From: Aliivibrio finisterrensis
GTDB taxonomy: Bacteria > Pseudomonadota > Gammaproteobacteria > Enterobacterales > Vibrionaceae
Direction: 5' to 3'
DNA: 24,000 nucleotides
Assembly (NCBI RefSeq): GCF_008933155.1
Contig: NZ_WBVP01000024.1
Span: 2,571 to 26,570 of the forward strand
Shown here: positions 6,441 through 13,013 of the stretch, piece after piece
How the letters are laid out: every line of letters begins with the position of its first letter
How positions within the stretch are numbered: position 1 is the first letter of the stretch
Program-made: the position numbers and the translations under genes
The notes under the pieces: generated by a model
Seen by the model: only the letters and a program-made list of their open reading frames with translations
Databases searched by the model: none
What the model was told of the DNA's origin: nothing

Positions 6441-7534
6441 TGCCCTGATTTCAGATAATAAGTGCGACATTCATGGAAAGGTGTAGAAGAGGAAGCCAAC
6501 TGCTGAAAGTGGTATGCTCTTCTCGCCAAAGAAACAAGCAGTACTATCATGAATTATCAGCAGTTGACCGAGGGCAGAAAATACCAGATTTCTGCTCTTT
6601 TGGAACGGGGAATTTCGGTTTCTGAAATAGCTAAAACCGTTCAGTGCCATCGCTCTACGGTATATCGAGAGCTTAAACGCGGCAGCAAAGGCAGTCATTA
6701 TTGCCCAAACGAAGCTCAGGTATTATCAATCAAAAAACGCACATCAGCGCGTAAATACAGAATACCTCAGGAGCGGGTTGATTTTATCCGCCTCCTTTTA
6801 GAAGCGGATTGGAGTCCCGAGCAGGTTTCCAGTGTGTTAACTAAAATCGGTGCCACTGTTAGCCATGAATGGATCTACCGATTTGTTGCGCAGGATAAAC
6901 GATTGGGAGGCAAGTTATATCGCCACTTAAGACAAGGTCATAAGCGGTATCGCCGCGGTAGAAAAGAGAAAGCACCAGCGATCAAGAATGCTGTATCTAT
7001 CGATGATAGGCCTAGCATCGTTGACAGTAAGGAGCGATTGGGTGATTGGGAAATTGACACGGTATTAGGCAAACATGGTACTGGCGCTATGGTGACAATT
7101 TTAGAGCGTAAAACACGATTTTACGTAGTCAAGAAAGTACCATCGAAGTCAGCAGATGATGTCACTAAAGCCACCATAGAACTGCTCATGCCTTATAAGG
7201 AGCATGTTCATACCATCACGGCAGATAACGGGAGAGAGTTTGCAGGTCATGAAACCATCGCAAAGGCGTTAGAAGCTGATGTGTACTTTGCCCACCCTTA
7301 TAGTTCTTGGGAGCGTGGAGCGAATGAAAATGCTAACGGACTTTTAAGACAATATGTAAAGAAAGGAACCGACTTAACAACGGTCACAGATAGTGATATT
7401 GAATTCGCTGTATCACGAATAAATTATCGACCGAAAAAGTGTTTAGACTTCAAGCAACCAGCGATTGTCTTTAAAGAAATGGTATTGGCTGCTTGATATT
7501 GGCGAGTGTCGCACTTCGCAGTTGAATTCGGGCA
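6441..7534 (+). mobile_element. IS30-family insertion sequence, apparently intact (~1.09 kb)
   Basis: The imperfect terminal IRs are TGCCCTGATTTCAGATAATAAGTGCGACA (left) and the complement of TGTCGCACTTCGCAGTTGAATTCGGGCA (right). They share a TGCCC tip and an AAGTGCGACA core. A single transposase ORF fills the interior. No clear 2-3 bp target duplication was found. Confidence 0.85.
6549..7496 (+). CDS. IS30-family DDE transposase
   Basis: 315 aa. An N-terminal HTH (ISALLERGISVSEIAKTVQCHRSTVYRELKRG) is followed by RLGDWEIDTV..., ITADNGREFAGH and YFAHPYSSWERGANENANGLLRQY, the canonical IS30 catalytic blocks. Confidence 0.93.
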   Translation: MNYQQLTEGRKYQISALLERGISVSEIAKTVQCHRSTVYRELKRGSKGSHYCPNEAQVLSIKKRTSARKYRIPQERVDFIRLLLEADWSPEQVSSVLTKIGATVSHEWIYRFVAQDKRLGGKLYRHLRQGHKRYRRGRKEKAPAIKNAVSIDDRPSIVDSKERLGDWEIDTVLGKHGTGAMVTILERKTRFYVVKKVPSKSADDVTKATIELLMPYKEHVHTITADNGREFAGHETIAKALEADVYFAHPYSSWERGANENANGLLRQYVKKGTDLTTVTDSDIEFAVSRINYRPKKCLDFKQPAIVFKEMVLAA

Positions 7535-7608
7535 CAATTGTTAACGACACAACTTACACCAAATTAAAAAATAGGTGTAAACAATAAAGGTGAAACCAAA
7601 GTTATTCA

Positions 7609-7652
7609 ACCGTAATTTTGGTGGGTTTTAACCGTTAATTTGGTGGGTTTTA
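7609..7652 (+). repeat. Two tandem 22-bp iteron-like direct repeats
   Basis: ACCGTAATTTTGGTGGGTTTTA followed by ACCGTTAATTTGGTGGGTTTTA (20/22 identical), head to tail. They lie 75 bp beyond the IS30 right end and next to an A-rich tract. Confidence 0.8.
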
Positions 7653-7705
7653 AGCTTTAAAACATATAAATATCAATATTTTAAGTCGCTTAAAATAGAA
7701 ACAAG

Positions 7706-7759
7706 AAACAAAACAAAACAAAACAAAACAAAACAAAACAAAACAAAACAAAACAAAAC
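7706..7759 (+). repeat. (AAAAC)n pentanucleotide microsatellite, ~10-11 units
   Basis: An uninterrupted AAAAC run in the intergenic region, downstream of both the IS30 element and the minus-strand 124-aa ORF. Confidence 0.95.
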
Positions 7760-7800
7760 AAATAAACTTCGTTTAATTTGATTTTATTTACTAATTTAAG

Positions 7801-8175
7801 TTAATTTAAATCTTCAGTTTTGAGTGAGATGTCACAATTTCTTGGCTCTGGTACTGTCACTTTTACGTTATATAACAAGAAAAATTTATTCAAAATTGAA
7901 TACTTTTCTCTTCTTGTTTTATCACTTTCATTCGTTGTTCGTTTCCAGTACCTAATGATCTGAGCTTTTCCAATTGCTGATAGTCTCGGTTCTCCTTCTT
8001 TTGTCATAATTTCATCTAAGATCGCAACTAAACGAGTCATTTGTTTTTTTTTGTAAGCTGATTTTTTACCCTTACTTGTGTATGAACTCATTATTTGTCT
8101 TATCTGAAACTGTAATTGATTATGCATAGTGCTATCCAAGATAATTATTTGTGATCGATACGCGCTCGTGTCCAA
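7801..8175 (-). CDS. Small protein resembling the N-terminal domain of Integrase_1-type recombinases (domain-only paralogue or truncated gene)
   Basis: 124 aa. LVAILDEIMTKEGEPRLSAIGKAQIIRYWKRTTNESDKTRREKYSILNKFF resembles the recalled Phage_int_SAM_2-type signature (g..qvi.yW.r....s..T...yy.al). It overlaps the upstream gene by 44 nt and has no catalytic domain. Confidence 0.45.
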   Translation of the reverse strand: MDTSAYRSQIIILDSTMHNQLQFQIRQIMSSYTSKGKKSAYKKKQMTRLVAILDEIMTKEGEPRLSAIGKAQIIRYWKRTTNESDKTRREKYSILNKFFLLYNVKVTVPEPRNCDISLKTEDLN

Positions 8176-9091
8176 GTTCGTTAGATATCTGTAATCTAGT
8201 ATTGTGATCTAGAATTTTGGCATCAGCTAACGTGATATTTTTCTCATTTGCGATATATTGAAGATGTGATTTACCGTGTTTTTCTTGTGATCGAACAGGG
8301 CTTTTTACTCCTGAAATTTTTTCATATCTATCGTTTGCATAATTGTGTCTTTCGCCATGAAATTTAATATTAGTTTGTTGTATCTCACGGTAGCATTGAG
8401 ATTGATACTGACTCCATTTCATATCACTTGGTATCAGACTTCTGTCGTTACACTGTATCGCTGCTGCATTCTTAAGAGCTGTAAGTTGCTTATCACTACT
8501 AACCTTGAACTCTCTTAACTTTCCGCCTTTTGTTCCATTTTCTACTCTGATGATCCCATTTTTTACTGCATGATCTAATGTGTTTTTTGCATCAATTAAA
8601 GACGATTCTTTAAATCGTAAACCTAACTCCCTTTGTAGTTCTAATTGAACTGAGAGTCGATCTGGAACTTGAGATAGTGCTGTTTCATGTGACTCTTTAT
8701 CAACGCTATGATCGTATGTTGCAATGCCTGTGCGTTTCGGTAAGCCGGCTTCTCTAACTCCGTCAACTCTACAATCACGATCTAAACGAGCGTTTTCTAA
8801 AGCGACATTTACTTTGCTTAAGTAGTTCTGAGCAGAAGATGCACTTATTTGGTCATTTTCAAATTTATTATTCAGCTCGTTTGCATAACTAAGAACGTGA
8901 GATTTCTCAACTTTTTTAAGATCGTTGATGCCCTGGTCTTCTTTTAAATGTTTTGCGAAATCGTTAAGAGCTGTCTTGCATTGATTCTTTGAATTGTCTC
9001 CGTTCTCCTTCATTTGATATGCCGTTACTAACGCTCTACTCATATTGCTTGAGCGTAATCCGAAATTTCTAGCATTCATGTTTCTGTTCAT
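8132..9091 (-). CDS. Integrase_1-type tyrosine recombinase-like protein (plasmid or prophage integrase-domain protein)
   Basis: 319 aa. Candidate catalytic set: LGLRFKESSLI (Arg), GTKGGKLREF (Lys), HGERHNYA (H-x-x-R), LGHERVSITNNYLG (His and terminal Tyr). The N-terminal part has the SAM-like pattern (SHVLSYANEL...SAQNYLSKVNVAL). Confidence 0.7.
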   Translation of the reverse strand: MNRNMNARNFGLRSSNMSRALVTAYQMKENGDNSKNQCKTALNDFAKHLKEDQGINDLKKVEKSHVLSYANELNNKFENDQISASSAQNYLSKVNVALENARLDRDCRVDGVREAGLPKRTGIATYDHSVDKESHETALSQVPDRLSVQLELQRELGLRFKESSLIDAKNTLDHAVKNGIIRVENGTKGGKLREFKVSSDKQLTALKNAAAIQCNDRSLIPSDMKWSQYQSQCYREIQQTNIKFHGERHNYANDRYEKISGVKSPVRSQEKHGKSHLQYIANEKNITLADAKILDHNTRLQISNELGHERVSITNNYLG

Positions 9092-9344
9092 TTTTGCACT
9101 CGCTGCGCGTCATTGACGTGTTGTTAAGAGATTACGTGCATTTTTGGTTGCACTTCCGTTCGCTTTAAAGGCTTATTGCATCCAGGCGATTGTTGCGAGT
9201 TTTACTATGTCTCATCCGTTGGCGTGTGACATCGCACATTTTGCGATGCTGCGGAGTCCTAAACATTCATTTCGACCAGAAACTTCTTGAAATCAGCACA
9301 AAAGCAGAGCTTAAGTTTAGATTAAAAGTAGTTATGTGGAATTT

Positions 9345-9387
9345 CTTTAAGTCCGTCTAATTTTTTATTAAATTAGACGACTTAAAG
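9345..9387. repeat. Long AT-rich inverted repeat (18-19 bp arms, one bulge)
   Basis: CTTTAAGTCCGTCTAATTT-TTTATT-AAATTAGACGACTTAAAG, in the ORF-poor region upstream of the integrase-like gene. It could be a protein-binding or recombination site. Function unknown. Confidence 0.6.
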
Positions 9388-10646
9388 ATCAAAGCAAAAG
9401 AAGACTGTTAGTTTAGTTAAATAGAATGAAATAAAGCAGAATTTGATTTAAGAATAACAACGCACTAGAGCGTTTGAATGCAAACTAAATTAGCTTATTT
9501 ATATCTATTTAAGAAAAACGACTTAGATCTAATGTGTGCATGATGCTCACAAGTTGCAGTGATTTTGTTTCGATTTGTTTGCTATTTGAAAATTAGATTA
9601 TCTTCATATAGCTTTGCTGAAGTTAAATTACGAGCGCAAGTCGCAAAGTGCTGAAGCATCTTTTTCTTTTAGATGACTAGTTCGCAGCTAGATTTTGTAA
9701 ATGCAATCTCTATTTAGCAAGCTGATTGCAGCTTCGTTCTGTTCATTTACACAGTGAATATCTGTCTGAATTTTATCTTCTTCGTATTACTTTACTTAAA
9801 AAGTAATCGAGCGTTTAAAGTTCAGCGAGCTACATTTGTTTATATTTTTGATAAATTAAATCGAGAATATAAAGAAAGAGGAAGTATTGGCATTGTTCGA
9901 TAATTATACATTGTTGAACTAACAGAGTCACGCAAAGAGTAGTTTGTCGCATAAGCAGATCTAAGAAAAGGGTAGAAACATACGTTACATGGTGATTATT
10001 GAGTGAACGGGGGCGAGATTTTATTGCCCTGTAAATTGCCCAGAAAGCGTCATAAAGTTTCAACCGTGTTTAGGGGTATATCGGTGTGGTTTACACCTAA
10101 AAAGCGGCACTGTGAGCTTCTAAGGCTGCGAAAGCATGGTTTTTATAGGCTAACTTATGGATTTAACATAATAGGAATAATGAACACCGATTTTTGAGTG
10201 GTAGAACATCATTTGGTTTGGGTGGAAACTGAATTTTAAGCATAAGGTCATCTTAGACGTTGCTCATGGAAAGAATAAACAAGGAGCTTTGCGACCTCAT
10301 CTATTGGCTTATCAAAGCCCATTAGCGTCTATTTTCTTCGGCTGACCAAACCGCATGGGGCTAACTACTGTGGTGCAGTTCCAATACCATGAGCTAAAAC
10401 TCGTTTCATCTCGTCACTAATTCGTGATTACTTTAGTAGGAGCTTATTGAAAAGTTCTCTGTAAAGTATGTCGGTCAAATGAGTCATCAATACACCGTCT
10501 GAAAGTGCTGCGCTGACTTAAGAATGATTTATTGTCGTTGAATGGTATTCAGTGGGTAGTGACAAACCTAGCCCACCTGTACTAGAATGATTACGCTAAT
10601 AAGTTATTGCTAGTACAGTTCTTAAGTGAGCACTAGAATACTTCCT

Positions 10647-10682
10647 AAAAGCCGGAGATCGCAAGGTCACCGGCTTTTTTGT
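10647..10682 (+). terminator. Strong rho-independent terminator (plus-strand sense, weaker in minus sense)
   Basis: AAAAGCCGGAGATC-GCAA-GGTCACCGGCTTTTTT. A ~10-bp stem (one mismatch) with a GNRA tetraloop and a T6 tail. No plus-strand ORF precedes it. It also lies 50 nt past the stop of the minus-strand 79-aa gene. Confidence 0.7.
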
Positions 10683-10731
10683 GTCTGTAATTTAAATCGA
10701 AGGTTCAGCATCCCTGCATCAAATTGCCTTT

Positions 10732-10971
10732 TTACAAAAAATATTGCTCAAGTACATTTTTTATCCTGTTAAACTCCTCTGTGGGTACAACACAGTTGTA
10801 ATCCGTGTATGGCTGAGCCTTTTCTCTTACAATCACATAATGCCGCTTTCCATTTTGACTCCTAAGAAAGTCTTGTGAAAGAAAAATTGTATCTTCAGAA
10901 ATGTCACATGAAGCAATTTGACCCATATTGAAAATAGAATTACGAATCTTTAACCCTGAAGGCTTATCCAT
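10732..10971 (-). CDS. Hypothetical 79-aa protein (second gene of a two-gene mini-operon)
   Basis: The ATG lies 7 nt after the upstream gene's stop and GAGG sits upstream of it (GAGGTAATTAATAATG). No recognisable motif. Confidence 0.5.
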   Translation of the reverse strand: MDKPSGLKIRNSIFNMGQIASCDISEDTIFLSQDFLRSQNGKRHYVIVREKAQPYTDYNCVVPTEEFNRIKNVLEQYFL

Positions 10972-10977
10972 TATTAA

Positions 10978-11130
10978 TTACCTCAACTTTTTACTTATGA
11001 AATCCACATCAGATTGACAAGATTTACATATTCCATTGTGCCCATCTTTTTTTGTTCTATTTCTATGATAATCAGAAAGGGTCTTGGGAGTGTTACATTT
11101 TTGGCATATTTTAATTACTGTGCTTTTCAT
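10978..11130 (-). CDS. Small zinc-ribbon protein, 50 aa (not in the supplied ORF track)
   Basis: MKSTVIKICQKCNTPKTLSDYHRNRTKKDGHNGICKSCQSDVDFISKKLR, with CxxC...CxxC and an intervening KDG. The SD is GAGGA, 5 nt before the ATG. A candidate promoter, TTCACA-17 nt-TATGCT, lies upstream on the minus strand and overlaps a CATACC/GGTATG inverted repeat (11161-11183). Confidence 0.5.
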   Translation of the reverse strand: MKSTVIKICQKCNTPKTLSDYHRNRTKKDGHNGICKSCQSDVDFISKKLR

Positions 11131-11490
11131 TTTGATTCCTCTAAATTAATTAAAGTACAGCATACCTTAATTTGAGTGGTATGTGAATCAGTTATAGAAA
11201 CTCCTTGATTTGCTGAGAGTCTCTTGTTTTGACTTACTTTGCCAAAGTAAACATGAAATAGGTCTTTTAGTTGTTGATTATAGTTGGTACAAAGGCATAA
11301 CACTGTTCAACAGGGCTTAACTCCAGAAGCCAACACACGAAAAGATATCCACTTAAGATAAGACAACCCTCGGTTGCGACTTCCACGCTGTAAGTCTTTC
11401 GAATACAATAACGTGACAGCATCACGTTAGGCTTTTCAATGTACGACCCTAATTATTTTAATTGAACATAACAGCCGAAATACGAATCGC

Positions 11491-11518
11491 AAAGGTCGCC
11501 TAATGGCGGCCTTTTTGT
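11491..11518. terminator. Rho-independent terminator (strong T-tail on plus strand, usable in minus sense for the rep pseudogene)
   Basis: AAAGGTCGCC-TAAT-GGCGGCCTTTTTGTT. Confidence 0.65.
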
Positions 11519-11612
11519 TACTGCGTCACGCCCTATTTATCTTCTTGTGCATGGGTAATTGGTACGTACCAATTCAGAGCTAAAACTTGAATTTGATGGT
11601 GATTTTAAGTAG

Positions 11613-12538
11613 TTATAACTTCTTAGTTCGTAATGCTATTTCATTTCTAACACGGTCTTCTGTAATTTTGTCACAAATAGATGCGTAGTCTGCAATTTTA
11701 CGTAAATCAGCTAACGTTAATTTTTCTTTATTATCGTACTGCTTCAACTGTACTTCATACTCAAGAAGTAAAGCTAAGTTCTTACGCATCCAAACACCTT
11801 CTTCATGTGAGCCTTTCAGAACTTTCGGTCGACGAAAAAGACGAGGGCGAAGCGGTTTCATGCATGATTCATCTTTTTCAAGAACATAATTAAACTGGAT
11901 AGCATCTACTTTTCTTCCATTTTTTACTGGTTTCCAGATAACAGAAATATCTGTTTTTGCATTAATTTGCTCAACCGCTGGATTTATTACTTTAGCTTTA
12001 AATACATCCCATCTTTCATATTTACCCTCTAATCCAGATTGCTTTTTCATCCATTCCAGATCTAAAGACACTTTTATAGTTCCATTTTCTTTTGAAGAAT
12101 TTAAATTCTTAGCTTCATTAAACCATTGGTACAAACGATATGAGAACGGGGACGTTAACTTCGCAGCTTCTTCAAATTTAATAGATGTGAAATTTTATTT
12201 AATATCGACTAGATATGGTGCAAGTTCTGGGTTAAATGTCATTTTTATTGAGGTGCCGTAATCTGCATTATCGTACTCATTAGAAGATAACCAAAACAAT
12301 TCTCTTACTCTACTTGAGTCAGCGACAGGTAAGACTAATGGTTTCCTTCCGATACCTTTTACGGCAACTCGTAAAGAACGATAAACATTCTTAGAATCAA
12401 CATTAAAAAGACGTACAAATTCAGATGGTAATATCTCAATTTCTTTAAGCTCTGATTTTAAGCTATCAATTTTACTCATCGCTAAAAAGAGTAATCTCAT
12501 TTCATCTAAGTTCAAAGAATAAGCAGCTTCAACTAGTT
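11613..12538 (-). pseudogene. rep: Rep_3-family plasmid replication initiator, inactivated
   Basis: The two track ORFs (12195-12515 and 11613-12134) are in the same frame. ...PYLVDIK-TAA-NFTSIKFEEAAKLTSPFSYRLYQWFNEA... is interrupted by a single in-frame TAA (12192-12194). Typical Rep_3 blocks are present: ELVEAAYSLNLDEMRLLFLAMSKI, SPFSYRLYQW, and INPAVEQINAKTDISVIWKPVKNGRKVDAIQF. The extreme 5' end and promoter are missing at ~12538. Confidence 0.75.
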
Positions 12539-12553
12539 CAGTTGAATTCGGGC
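12539..12553 (+). repeat. Possible solo tip of an IS30-family right inverted repeat
   Basis: CAGTTGAATTCGGGC is identical to 7519-7533, the outermost 15 nt (minus one base) of the IS30 IRR, in the same orientation. It sits exactly at the junction between the truncated rep and an IS4 fragment. A 15-mer match alone is only marginally above chance in 24 kb. Confidence 0.35.
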
Positions 12554-12717
12554 CTGACCATAGCGTAACTATGTTCGATAAAGGGTTCTATTCATTAGGA
12601 TTACTACATAAATGGCAGATGACAGGCTCAGAGCGTCACTGGCTTATTCCCCTTAAAAAAAATACTCAATATGAAATAATTCGATCGCTAGGTCGTAATG
12701 GTAAAACCAAGACCTAA
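12553..12717 (+). pseudogene. Internal fragment of an IS4-family transposase gene
   Basis: The translation PDHSVTMFDKGFYSLGLLHKWQMTGSERHWLIPLKKNTQYEIIRSLG resembles the E. coli IS4 transposase block ..MFDKGYYSLGLLNAWSLAGEHRHWMIPL.KG.QYEEIRKLG. No start and no ends are present. Confidence 0.65.
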
Positions 12718-12736
12718 ACGATATGCCAGAAACAAG

Positions 12737-12766
12737 AATGCCGTTCACCCTTAAGTGAACGGCATT
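12737..12766. other. Perfect 12-bp stem-loop at a mosaic junction
   Basis: AATGCCGTTCAC-CCTTAA-GTGAACGGCATT, between the IS4 fragment and the duplicated gene fragment. Confidence 0.5.
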
Positions 12767-12767
12767 A

Positions 12768-12920
12768 CCGCTGTGGTGGCCTTACCTCGATATAAATTAA
12801 TCACTTATCTTCGAGCGCAAGGGGACTTCACTCGCTATATTCTAAAAAATACCAACCCAGCGTTATTGCGGGTTTTGACGGAATATTTGGGTACGGACGT
12901 TGATGGATTATTGTCAAGAT
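12768..12920 (+). pseudogene. Fragment of a second, diverged copy of the 497-aa gene (matches 3062-3212)
   Basis: The 145-bp core (12776-12920 vs 3068-3212) has 8 mismatches, about 94% identity. It encodes VALPRYKLITYLRAQGDFTRYILKNTNPALLRVLTEYLGTDVDGLLSR versus VALPRQKLITYLRAQGYFTRYMLKNTNPALLRVLTEYWGTDVDGLLSR. Homology ends abruptly on both sides. Confidence 0.85.
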
Positions 12921-13013
12921 CCATTACGTGTGTAGCGTGGGAAATGGCAGCAAGTAAACCAGAACAAACTGGAATGATTTGCACACTGGCCTTATTGCTT
13001 TGGATGTTGCACA

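Noticed and set aside
6471-6698. 75-aa minus-strand ORF overlapping the IS30 left end and transposase start
   Set aside because: It is antisense to the well-supported IS30 transposase gene and its IR, with no independent support.
6438-7537. Target-site duplication flanking the IS30 element
   Set aside because: The flanks (..GTAA | CAAT..) do not give a convincing 2-3 bp direct repeat. The exact IS ends are uncertain by 1-2 nt, so no claim is made.
7682-9527. Recurring TAAGTCG heptamer (7682, complement at ~9378 and ~9520) as a possible protein-binding motif
   Set aside because: A 7-mer is expected about three times by chance in 24 kb on two strands, so this is not significant on its own.
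9830-10197. Track ORFs 9830-10063 (-) and 10003-10197 (+)
   Set aside because: They overlap each other, have no SD, and have odd composition (one Cys/Gln/Leu/Ile-rich, one highly basic). They are treated as non-coding within the structured intergenic region.
11681-11893. 70-aa plus-strand ORF inside the rep pseudogene
   Set aside because: It is antisense to clear Rep_3 homology, so it is a shadow ORF.
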